Positions 7,184 to 14,893 of a stretch of DNA of 32,000 nt are shown piece after piece. How positions within the stretch are numbered: position 1 is the stretch's first letter; each line of letters opens with the position of its first letter. The DNA lies in NCBI RefSeq assembly GCF_000039765.1, contig NC_004459.3, positions 2,511,127 to 2,543,126 of the forward strand, given 5' to 3'. The position numbers and the translations under genes are program-made. The notes beneath the pieces are model-generated. The model was not told the origin of the DNA. It searched no databases and saw nothing but the letters and a program-made list of their open reading frames with translations. The DNA is from Vibrio vulnificus CMCP6 (GTDB taxonomy: Bacteria > Pseudomonadota > Gammaproteobacteria > Enterobacterales > Vibrionaceae).

Positions 7184-7530
7184 GCTAAGTGTGCAAACAT
7201 TCCTTTACTAATAAATTAAAGGGGCTTTAGGCAGAGGTATTGTGGGAAAATTAATTGATATTGTCTGTTAATTGCGCTTGCATATGGTGATTAATGTCAC
7301 ATTTCTGAATTAAAAAAGAGCTAGATTTTAGTCTGTTTTTTGATGATTTTTTCATCTATCAATTTGTTTTAGGTGAAAAAAAACCTCAGAACAGACGCTG
7401 ATTTTTGTTTAGAGTACCACCTTGTTGTCTAAATACCAAGTTAGTTATTTCCCGAGTTATGTAGCTATATAACGCCCTATTAAGGGGTCGTTGTGCTCGA
7501 TCGTTTTTCTGTCCATTGGTTCCTGCGTAG

Positions 7531-7559
7531 TTGACCAAAAGGGATGTTTTCACTAATTT
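7531..7559 (+). promoter_or_regulatory. candidate sigma70 promoter inside a cassette
   Basis: TTGACC-N17-TAATTT, about 35 nt upstream of the small ORF at 7595. The -10 element is weak. Confidence 0.25.
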
Positions 7560-7594
7560 TGAAACCGAGATTAGAGCTTTAGTAAGGAATTGAT

Positions 7595-7765
7595 ATGAAA
7601 GGTAATGTTGACAGTGAGAGGCGTCGTTTGATTGAGAAAAGCATCAAACTAAACCCAACCCAGCAGGGATCGGATTGCTACTTGAGGAACATTTCTTTAA
7701 GCGCATTGATCAAATCCACTTTGGTTGGGGTAGCCGCTATTATTTGGGCTTTATCGCATTTCTAG
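7595..7765 (+). CDS. small hypothetical protein (56 aa, C-terminal hydrophobic tail)
   Basis: Falls below the ORF-track cutoff. ATG sits 6 nt after TAAGGA. The sequence is MKGNVDSERRRLIEKSIKLNPTQQGSDCYLRNISLSALIKSTLVGVAAIIWALSHF. It is the only plausible ORF in a 610-bp cassette. Confidence 0.4.
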   Translation: MKGNVDSERRRLIEKSIKLNPTQQGSDCYLRNISLSALIKSTLVGVAAIIWALSHF

Positions 7766-7793
7766 GTTTTCTAGCTAGGCAAGTGTAGATAGC

Positions 7794-7921
7794 ACATAAC
7801 AAAGCATTTAAGAGTGATTCCCAACGCTTGGCATTTTCAGTTCAAGGTTGGGTTTCGTGTTTAAGGCGCAATGGTTCAGGTTTGGTGGTAGCGTTGCTCA
7901 CACCTTAATGCGGCGTTAGCT
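7794..7921 (+). repeat. attC site #14
   Basis: R'' ACATAAC ... R' GTTAGCT; GATTCCCAACGCTTGGCA subtype. Confidence 0.9.
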
Positions 7922-7959
7922 GTTTTCGTCAAGTTTAGTAATTTAGTTAAAGGATAAAT

Positions 7960-8859
7960 ATGTACAACTTAATAATTGGGTATACAGGACCGAGTGAGAG
8001 CGAGAATGAAGTTATTGTTTCTGCTTCAAGGTTTCTCGAATACACTGACTCTGAAACGCAAATGCGATACAGAAACTTGAACGCAGATAATGTCCGAGAG
8101 CTAAAAGACTTCCCTGCACTATTTTTGCAAGAACATTGCCCTGATGGAGCTTTTGTAGCCAACATCACTAATATCACTCGTTCATATAGAGATTATAAAA
8201 TTACGTTTGAAAGAGATGATAGCTATGGTGTAATCCCGAAAGAAACAATAGAAGACTTGGCTATTGAGTTAGGCATCGAGGAATTTGAGTTCTATCGAAC
8301 GCATTGGGCAGTCAAAAGCTCAAACTTGGCAAATATCTTAAGTCCCATCGAAACTCCAGTCCGTCCTACTTCACCAGTTGAATTCGAAGCTGAAAACCTA
8401 CCGCCAGAGGACGGTTCTAGTTTTAATAAGAACCAAGTATTCATAGTGCATGGGCATGACGAACACGCCAAGAACGATGTTAAAGCATACGTTGAATCTA
8501 AAGGTTTAGAGCCAATAATTCTTCATCTACAGGCTAGTGGTGGAAGAACTATCATTGAGAAGATTGACCACTATAGTAATGTTGGATTTGGTATCGTTCT
8601 TTATACTGAATGTGACCTAGGAGCTAAAAGGGATACTTTGAGCTTTAAATGGAGAGCTCGTCAAAACGTAGTTTTTGAACATGGCTACCTCATTGCAAAA
8701 CTATCGAGAGAAAGAGTGGCAGCCTTAGTTAAAGGTTCTGTTGAAACCCCAAATGATATTAGTGGGGTTGTTTACGTTTCTATGGATGCTGCGGGAACGT
8801 GGAAAGATGAGTTAGATGCAGAGTTACGCAACGCTGGGTATGAGATTCCAAACAGCTAA
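7960..8859 (+). CDS. two-domain protein: unknown N-terminal domain + C-terminal TIR-like (CAP12/Pycsar-effector, PF10137/COG4271-type) domain
   Basis: 299 aa. The C-terminal blocks are VFIVHGHDE, GRTIIEKI, VGFGIVLYT, RARQNVVFEHGYLIAKLSRERV and PNDISGVVYV. The RBS is AAAGGA. The TAA stop lies in the attC R''. Confidence 0.75.
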   Translation: MYNLIIGYTGPSESENEVIVSASRFLEYTDSETQMRYRNLNADNVRELKDFPALFLQEHCPDGAFVANITNITRSYRDYKITFERDDSYGVIPKETIEDLAIELGIEEFEFYRTHWAVKSSNLANILSPIETPVRPTSPVEFEAENLPPEDGSSFNKNQVFIVHGHDEHAKNDVKAYVESKGLEPIILHLQASGGRTIIEKIDHYSNVGFGIVLYTECDLGAKRDTLSFKWRARQNVVFEHGYLIAKLSRERVAALVKGSVETPNDISGVVYVSMDAAGTWKDELDAELRNAGYEIPNS

Positions 8860-8979
8860 CAAACTGTTTAAGAGTGATTCGCAACGCGTGGCATTTTTAC
8901 TATGCGTTGCGTTTAGTGTTTAAGGCGATATGCGGCGGCTTCGGTATTGCGTTGCTCACACCTTAACAGGGCGTTATGT
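8854..8979 (+). repeat. attC site #15
   Basis: R'' AGCTAAC ... R' GTTATGT. Confidence 0.9.
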
Positions 8980-8984
8980 GTTCT

Positions 8985-9014
8985 TCCAACACCAGCGTAT
9001 CTACTGGTGTTGGA
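8985..9014 (-). terminator. perfect 11-bp stem hairpin downstream of the - strand lipoprotein gene
   Basis: TCCAACACCAG-N8-CTGGTGTTGGA, 23 nt past the stop at 9037. No U-tract follows on either strand, so terminator function is uncertain. Confidence 0.35.
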
Positions 9015-9036
9015 GCCTAGAAAGACAGCGTCAGTT

Positions 9037-9354
9037 CTAGATCATAGGGCCTCTGGGGCAGCCAATTGAAATTACTTCCCCGTAGCTTGTTGTGGGCGTG
9101 AATATCATGGCTAAATCAAAGGGTAGAAAAACAACATCTGTAGCTAAATTTATTGGTACTGCCACTAACGATAAAGGGCTTAAAGCGTAGTCGACCGCTG
9201 TTCCCCGAAAGAAGCAAGGCAGACGGACTACTGACAATGCCGTTCCGGAAAATGGTTTGCCATAACCTCCGTAACCATGTGCATCCATCGATGAGCAACC
9301 AGACGTTAAAGTAACAAGTAGTAATGATAGTACTATTTTTAAACTGAATTTCAT
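9037..9354 (-). CDS. YceK/YidQ-family lipoprotein
   Basis: Signal peptide plus lipobox LLVTLTSG/C. PFSGT and PINLATDVVFLPFDL resemble the YceK/YidQ pattern. It is reverse-oriented relative to the array and has about 150 bp of AT-rich sequence upstream. Confidence 0.6.
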   Translation of the reverse strand: MKFSLKIVLSLLLVTLTSGCSSMDAHGYGGYGKPFSGTALSVVRLPCFFRGTAVDYALSPLSLVAVPINLATDVVFLPFDLAMIFTPTTSYGEVISIGCPRGPMI

Positions 9355-9502
9355 TTACCTAGACCTTAGCTAACGTTTTATTAATGAATGAATATCAGAT
9401 AACTTTATAGCTAGCGCTAATCGTTTTCTAATGATTGGTTGTTTTTGAATCAAAAAATGTGCTATTGACGAAGAAATACTAATTTTCATAGAGTTAGCAA
9501 AC

Positions 9503-9629
9503 ACATAACAAGGCGTTTAAGCGGGATTCATGCCGCGTGGCATTTTTAGTATGCGGTGAGTTTTGGTGGTGAAAGTAGTGTGCGGAAAGTTGGTTTATGC
9601 GGCATTCACCCCTTAACGCAGCGTTATAA
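9503..9629 (+). repeat. attC site #16
   Basis: R'' ACATAAC ... R' GTTATAA. Confidence 0.9.
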
Positions 9630-9643
9630 GCCTTAATTGGATA

Positions 9644-10183
9644 ATGGTAAATATGGAAACAGAGAGACTTAAACTACTACCTCCTTCAATGGAGTATCAA
9701 CCTTTGATGCTCGAAGCGATATTGGAAAGCCAAGACGAACTTGGTGTCTACCTTCCGTGGGTTCCATATGCTTTAACAGAAGCTGGTTCCATTGAAACTA
9801 CGCAACAAGCTATCAATAACTTTGAGAATTTTGAAGGTGAGTTACGCTATTCAATCATAGAAAAAAGTACAGGGCACTTTCTTGGTGCAATAGGGTTAAT
9901 CATCCGTGATAAAACGGTTCCGTACTTTGAAATTGGTTATTGGTTACGTAGTTCAAGTGTTGGTAATGGTTTCATTTCTGAAGCAGTGAAAGCACTAGAG
10001 TCATATGCGTTTAATGAGCTTAACGCTAACCGAGTTGAAATTAAAGCAGCCGAACACAACTTGAAAAGTCGAGCGGTAGCTGAGCGTTGCGGGTATGTTT
10101 TTGAAGGTATTTTACGTAATAACCGAAGGTTGCCGTCAGGCGATTTGAGTAGCACGGCAGTTTATTCGAAAACAGGCACTTAG
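9644..10183 (+). CDS. GNAT acetyltransferase, RimJ/RimL-like
   Basis: N-terminal ETERLKLLP signature, then IGYWL and GNGFISEAV. The alternative start is ATG 9653. The stop lies 3 nt before the IS30 left end. Confidence 0.7.
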   Translation: MVNMETERLKLLPPSMEYQPLMLEAILESQDELGVYLPWVPYALTEAGSIETTQQAINNFENFEGELRYSIIEKSTGHFLGAIGLIIRDKTVPYFEIGYWLRSSSVGNGFISEAVKALESYAFNELNANRVEIKAAEHNLKSRAVAERCGYVFEGILRNNRRLPSGDLSSTAVYSKTGT

Positions 10184-10185
10184 TA

Positions 10186-11263
10186 TCAAGTTTGAAGTGC
10201 GACACTTTTTACAGGTGCGCATGAATATACTCCGTTGGTGTCCTATACCCAAGTCTTTTGCGTGGGCGCGTATTTAATTTGTGTGCAATTTCATTGCAGA
10301 GCTTCTGTGTTACGTGTGACATAGAAGTTCGTTTTGGTAAGTATTGTCGTATCAAACCATTGGTGTTTTCATTAGTCCCTCGCTCCCATGAATGGTATGG
10401 ATTTGCAAAGTAAAACAGACAGTTATGATGTTTTTCCAGTTGTGCATAACCATGAAATTCAGTGCCGTTATCCGCAGTTATCGTCTTAAAAGGTAAGTCA
10501 GAGCGGGTCATGATTTTGCTCATTCTTACGTTGAGCGACTCGCTTGTTCTATCGTCCATTTGCCCTATAAAAGTGTAGCCAGTCATTCTGTCGACTAAAG
10601 TTACGATACAGTGCTTGGTTCCGCGGCCAACGACGGTATCAATTTCCCAATGGCCAGGCTCATTTCGATGCTCAGCTTTTGCAGGTCTTTCGGTAATATG
10701 ACGCTTTGCTGCCAGCCGACCTCGGCTGTCTTTTGAGTTATATCTTTTGCGCCTTTTCTTGGTCGATTGGCGTAGATGTTTCCATAGTGTTCCACCGAGA
10801 GTTTTGTCGTTCCAAATATGCTGATAAATGAGCTCGTGGCTCATTGTTGGATAGCCTCTTACCCTTAGGTATCCGACGATTTGGTCAGGGCTCCAATCCA
10901 GTCGTAGCAAGGCTTCAGGTAACCTGAAGTCGATTTCGCTATAGCGCTTGTTTCTGCGCGAGCGGCTTAGCCGGTTGCGAGCCATCTGTTGGGCTCTCCA
11001 TGCTTGATAGGAGAACCTTCTAAAGTGTCTGTTGTATCGGGAATTACGTTCAATTTCTCGATAGATAGTAGCTTTGTGACGACCTAGTTGTTTAGCTATT
11101 TTAGCGGTACTAATTCCTTGCTTTCTGAGCGCAGAAATCATATACCTTTCGTTCTCAGTGAGGTGCGTGTATCTCATGTTTTTTACTTCTTGGCGGGAGC
11201 AAACTTCATGATTATCGCATCTCACTGTTTTTATGTTCAGAGGTGTCGCACTTCGTACTTGAA
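10186..11263 (-). mobile_element. IS30-family insertion sequence
   Basis: About 1.08 kb. Terminal inverted repeats are TCAAGTTTGAAGTGCGACAC (10186-10205) and GTGTCGCACTTCGTACTTGA (11243-11262), matching at 18/20. A single transposase gene fills the interior. No unambiguous target-site duplication was seen. Confidence 0.85.
10209..11177 (-). CDS. IS30 family transposase
   Basis: N-terminal HTH LTENERYMISALRKQGISTAKIAKQLGRHKATIYREI. DDE core: HWEIDTV, ITADNGTEF and YHSWERGTNENTNGLIRQY. The ORF-track start at 11273 runs through the IR; ATG 11177 (MRYTHL) is preferred. Confidence 0.9.
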   Translation of the reverse strand: MRYTHLTENERYMISALRKQGISTAKIAKQLGRHKATIYREIERNSRYNRHFRRFSYQAWRAQQMARNRLSRSRRNKRYSEIDFRLPEALLRLDWSPDQIVGYLRVRGYPTMSHELIYQHIWNDKTLGGTLWKHLRQSTKKRRKRYNSKDSRGRLAAKRHITERPAKAEHRNEPGHWEIDTVVGRGTKHCIVTLVDRMTGYTFIGQMDDRTSESLNVRMSKIMTRSDLPFKTITADNGTEFHGYAQLEKHHNCLFYFANPYHSWERGTNENTNGLIRQYLPKRTSMSHVTQKLCNEIAHKLNTRPRKRLGYRTPTEYIHAHL

Positions 11264-11271
11264 TCCAAGGC

Positions 11272-11399
11272 ATATAACAAGGCGTTTAAGGCGGATTCAC
11301 AACGCTTGGCGATTTCAGTTCAAGTTGAATTTAGTGTTTAAGGTACAATGGTTTAAGTTTGGTGGTTAGCGTTGTTCACCACTTAACGCGGCGTTATAT
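11272..11399 (+). repeat. attC site #17
   Basis: R'' ATATAAC ... R' GTTATAT. Differs from attC#18 at only one internal position. Confidence 0.9.
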
Positions 11400-11413
11400 G
11401 AAAAGGTCGAAAT

Positions 11414-11977
11414 ATGTACAAGTTTCCGGGAATATTACCAGAACACTCAGCTCCAGAAGTCTGGAGGCTACAACAGTTCTTACTTCAAGAAGCAGAAAGC
11501 TTATTGGGGCGAATCGAGCAAGATAAGAAAGTATATCAACCTACGTTTTCAGAAAATACTACGAGTGGTCCATGTATTATTAATAGCGTTAACTTTGATG
11601 GAGCTTGGGCTAAGTTGAGTCATAATTCTAAAGGTTATTGGCCCTGTGCTTTATATGAACTAGCGCATGAAACAATTCATTTGTTAAATCCAGTCGCTGG
11701 TTATACAAACTTTCTTGAAGAGGGTGTTGCAGTGGCATTTTCTGTCGATATGTCCAGTAAGTATACTCAGCATCCAATGTCGCCTTCAGATAAATTTTAT
11801 TCTAGAGCGCATGAATTGGTACAGAAGCTACCAGATGGCATTTATGAAAGTGCAAAGAAAATAAGGGAACGTTGTGGTTCTCTTGGTAACGCTTCAGTAG
11901 ATGCTCTTGCTGAACTGTTTCCAGAATTGGACGCTAAAATTATAGAAGAATTATGTTCAGAGTGTAATTTCACATAA
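11414..11977 (+). CDS. putative zinc metallopeptidase (HExxH)
   Basis: 187 aa. HETIH at nt 11666-11680, followed by EEG 12 residues later. No signal peptide. Confidence 0.5.
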   Translation: MYKFPGILPEHSAPEVWRLQQFLLQEAESLLGRIEQDKKVYQPTFSENTTSGPCIINSVNFDGAWAKLSHNSKGYWPCALYELAHETIHLLNPVAGYTNFLEEGVAVAFSVDMSSKYTQHPMSPSDKFYSRAHELVQKLPDGIYESAKKIRERCGSLGNASVDALAELFPELDAKIIEELCSECNFT

Positions 11978-12099
11978 CAAGGCGTTTAAGACGGATTCAC
12001 AACGCTTGGCGATTTCAGTTCAAGTTGAATTTAGTGTTTAAGGTACAATGGTTTAAGTTTGGTGGTTAGCGTTGTTCACCACTTAACGCGGCGTTATGC
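11972..12099 (+). repeat. attC site #18
   Basis: R'' ACATAAC ... R' GTTATGC. Near-identical to attC#17. Confidence 0.9.
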
Positions 12100-12443
12100 T
12101 TAATCAAATAAAATCAGTGGTTTATGGTTTTTCTTTGTTCCCTCAGCTTTTGGTCTTGTACTCGTCGGCAAGTTGGCTTCAGTGGCCGCTATTTTCTGGA
12201 CACATATTCTTTGGCGTTGGAAGTTCAGAGAATTGCCTCAATCAGTTTTCGGGTAAGCGCGAGGTTAGGGCGGCTGGCTCAATCAGCAATTTGATCTTAG
12301 GTTTTTGAGTTTTAGCAGCCAAATTTTAAAGTCTGATTTTCAAAAATTATGAGTCATTTCAGTTTTTTAGGTTTTGCCTTTTGTTGCCTAATCCTAGCCG
12401 AGTTAATCTTGTTCCTAGTAAAACGTAACCCATTGAAGCTTAA
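12100..12443 (+). other. ORF-less paralogous cassette, subtype A (copy A4)
   Basis: Homologue of A1. The 70-aa ORF 12096-12308 starts at the ATG of the attC R' box. Confidence 0.8.
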
Positions 12444-12570
12444 GCATAACAAGGCGTTCAAGTGGGATTCATGCCGCGTGGCATTTTTGGTTTGCGGTGA
12501 GTTTTGGTGGTGAAGGCGGTCTGCGGAAAGTTGGTTTATGCGGCATTCACCCCTTAACGCAGCGTTATGC
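12444..12570 (+). repeat. attC site #19
   Basis: R'' GCATAAC ... R' GTTATGC. Confidence 0.9.
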
Positions 12571-12913
12571 TTAATCAAATAAAATCATTGGGTTATGGTT
12601 TTTCTTTGTTTCCTTAGCTTTTGGGTTTTGTGCTCGTCGGCAAGTTGGCTTCAGCGGGCGCTGTTTGCTGGACATCAATTCTTTGGCGCTGAAAATTCAG
12701 AGAATTGCCTCAGTCAATTTTCAGGTAAGCGCGAGGTTAGGGCATCTGGCTCAATCAGCAATTTGAACTTAAGTTTTTGAGTTTAAGCAGCCAAATTTTA
12801 AAGTCTGATTTTCAAAATTATGAGTCATTTCGGTTTTCTATGTTTTGACTTTTGTTTGTAAATCAAAGTCGAGTTAATCTTGTTCCTGGTAAACGTAAAC
12901 CATTGAAGCTTAA
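12571..12913 (+). other. ORF-less paralogous cassette, subtype A (copy A5)
   Basis: Homologue of A1, in tandem with A4. Confidence 0.8.
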
Positions 12914-13040
12914 GCATAACAAAGCGTTAAAGTGGGATTCGTGCCGCGTGGCATTTTTGGTATGCGGTTGGCTTTGGTGGTGAAGGCGGTCTGCGGGAAG
13001 TTGGTTTAGGCGGCACTCACCCCTTAACGCGGCGTTAGGC
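12914..13040 (+). repeat. attC site #20
   Basis: R'' GCATAAC ... R' GTTAGGC. Confidence 0.9.
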
Positions 13041-13062
13041 GCTATTCACTTTAGGATTAGGG

Positions 13063-13542
13063 ATGAACGTAGAATTTAAAGTGATCAATTTGGCGCAAGA
13101 TTATGATTTTTGCGTAGCTGCTCGAAAGGATGCTTACTATTGCAGTTTCGAGACCTTTTCGGGTTTTGATGATTTCATAGCAGGTTATCGAGAACGAGTC
13201 CAAGAAAGGCAATCTGAAGCAGGTTGGTTTTACATCCATATCTGGTTGGATGGAAAATTGGTAGGGCAGTTAGAGTTTCGTTCTTTTTCATCCGAGCCAG
13301 AGACTGGTTATGTTCATTTGGTTTACTTGTTGCCTGAAGTTCGCGGTTCTGGTTTGAGCCAGCAAGTTCAGGTCTACATCGAAACAGAATTAGCACGAGC
13401 TGGTTGTGATCGTGCTGTGCTTTCCGTGAGTAGAACGAACGCAAGGGCGTTAAGGTTCTATAAGCGTAATGGTTGGGTATATTGTTGCGCTAATCCGAAG
13501 CACGCTGAAACTGATTTTTACCAATTACAGCTGCGCGCCTAA
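13063..13542 (+). CDS. GNAT family N-acetyltransferase
   Basis: 159 aa. Motif A is LLPEVRGSGLSQQV, and ARALRFYKRNGW follows. Confidence 0.7.
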   Translation: MNVEFKVINLAQDYDFCVAARKDAYYCSFETFSGFDDFIAGYRERVQERQSEAGWFYIHIWLDGKLVGQLEFRSFSSEPETGYVHLVYLLPEVRGSGLSQQVQVYIETELARAGCDRAVLSVSRTNARALRFYKRNGWVYCCANPKHAETDFYQLQLRA

Positions 13543-13663
13543 CAAAGCGTTAAAGAGGGACTTGGCACGCGTGGCATTTTCAATTTGCGTCGGGTTTAGT
13601 GGTTAAGGTGTGATGCGGTCACGTTTGTAGTGCGTGCCTGCGCCCCTTAACGCGGCGTTATGT
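13537..13663 (+). repeat. attC site #21
   Basis: R'' GCCTAAC ... R' GTTATGT. Confidence 0.9.
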
Positions 13664-13676
13664 GCTTGGAGGATAA

Positions 13677-14126
13677 ATGGATATTTCCTATGAACTTGTA
13701 ACTCAGGAAGATCAGCAGTTAATTTTAGCTTTAGGCGAATCTGTTAACGAAGAGTTTGTTATTCCCTATCTGAGCTCCGACGGTCAGGAAGCTATGCGAA
13801 ATGCTCGTAAAGGTGATATTGAGCAGGCTACAAATACTGACATCTACACTTCAATTAAAGCTGTTAAAAACGGTGCAATAGTCGGTTATGTTGCTTGGAG
13901 AGAAGGGAACTATATTGCACAGTTATATGTCAGTGCAAAGAATCAGAATCAAGGGATTGGCAGAGGCTTGATTAACCAAATGAAAAGACATAGTGGGGTT
14001 TCAAGCATTGAATTAAAAGCCTCAGTTAACGCAGTAGGTTTCTATAAGCGGCTAGGTTTTCAGTCCGTAGATACTGAGCAAGTTAAAAATGGTATTCGTT
14101 ATGTGCCGATGGTCTTAAAGCTGTGA
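13677..14126 (+). CDS. GNAT family N-acetyltransferase
   Basis: 149 aa. LYVSAKNQNQGIGRGLI followed by AVGFYKRLGF. Confidence 0.7.
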   Translation: MDISYELVTQEDQQLILALGESVNEEFVIPYLSSDGQEAMRNARKGDIEQATNTDIYTSIKAVKNGAIVGYVAWREGNYIAQLYVSAKNQNQGIGRGLINQMKRHSGVSSIELKASVNAVGFYKRLGFQSVDTEQVKNGIRYVPMVLKL

Positions 14127-14132
14127 CTACGC

Positions 14133-14258
14133 ACATAACAAACTGTTTAAGAGTGATTCGCAACGCGTGGCATTTTTAGCATGCGTTGGTCTATGTGATT
14201 AAGGTGGTATGCGGCAGCTTCGGTATTGCGTTGCTCACACCTTAACAGGGCGTTAGGG
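14133..14258 (+). repeat. attC site #22
   Basis: R'' ACATAAC ... R' GTTAGGG. Confidence 0.9.
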
Positions 14259-14299
14259 CTTTTTATTACTTATGTGGTTAATTTATACAAGGACAATAG

Positions 14300-14758
14300 A
14301 TGAACGCTAGAACAATACTATCCATTGGTATTCGAATTTTTGCAGTGTTTTTGATTTTGGAAGCAGTTTACACGACTTCTTCGCTTATGGCAGTTAAGGA
14401 TATTGCCCGTGAAAATATGGGGTTACTGGTCGTCGCGGCAGCTTATGCCGTAATAGCTATAATTGCTTGGAGTTTTCCGTTTACCATAGCTAAAAAATTA
14501 ATGCCAATTGAGGTCAACACAGAAGAAGTAACATCTATAAGCGCATTTGATCTGGCAAGGGTTGGTGTAGCGTTGATGGCTCTCAACTTAATTATTAACA
14601 GTGCATGGTCAGTGATACCAGCAATCATCTCAATATCAAGTCACTACGGTGGTGACCCAACGTCATCACTGTCGTCATTGATGATGTTGGTTGTAGGAGT
14701 ATCTCTATTAGTAGGCAACAGAAAGGTTGCATACATCTTAGTCGCTAAGCAGCCCTAA
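14300..14758 (+). CDS. integral membrane protein (about 4 TM), unknown function
   Basis: 152 aa with four long hydrophobic segments. The RBS is AAGGA. The TAA stop lies in the attC R''. Confidence 0.6.
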   Translation: MNARTILSIGIRIFAVFLILEAVYTTSSLMAVKDIARENMGLLVVAAAYAVIAIIAWSFPFTIAKKLMPIEVNTEEVTSISAFDLARVGVALMALNLIINSAWSVIPAIISISSHYGGDPTSSLSSLMMLVVGVSLLVGNRKVAYILVAKQP

Positions 14759-14878
14759 CAAACGCTTTAAGACGGATTCACAACGCGTGGCATTTGTGTT
14801 TTGCGGTAAATTTAGTGAATTAGGTGGTGTGCGGAAGCTCTGGTATTGCGTTGCTCACCACTTAAGCGGGCGTTAGGT
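14753..14878 (+). repeat. attC site #23
   Basis: R'' CCCTAAC ... R' GTTAGGT. Confidence 0.9.
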
Positions 14879-14893
14879 GAATTTGGGGAAATA

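Noticed and set aside
7468-7495. Short attC-like hairpin ATAACGCCCTATTAAGGGGTCGTT inside cassette 7184-7793.
   Set aside because: It mimics an R''/L''...L'/R' arrangement but is only about 27 bp, far below the shortest functional attCs. It also lacks a proper GTTRRRY box. It is probably a coincidental or decayed hairpin.
10181-11273. Target-site duplication for the IS30 element.
   Set aside because: The flanks (..CACTTAGTA on the left, ATCCAAGG.. on the right) show no clear 2-3 bp direct repeat at any plausible end definition. No claim is made.
14846-14893. N-terminal extensions of ORF-track entries that begin inside the preceding attC (14846, 19790, 22207, 22885, 24418, 25056, 26613, 28145, 29684, 31089).
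   Set aside because: The extensions translate attC sequence (..HPLTxRY..). A downstream in-frame ATG or GTG with an RBS exists just after the attC in each case, so the starts were trimmed.
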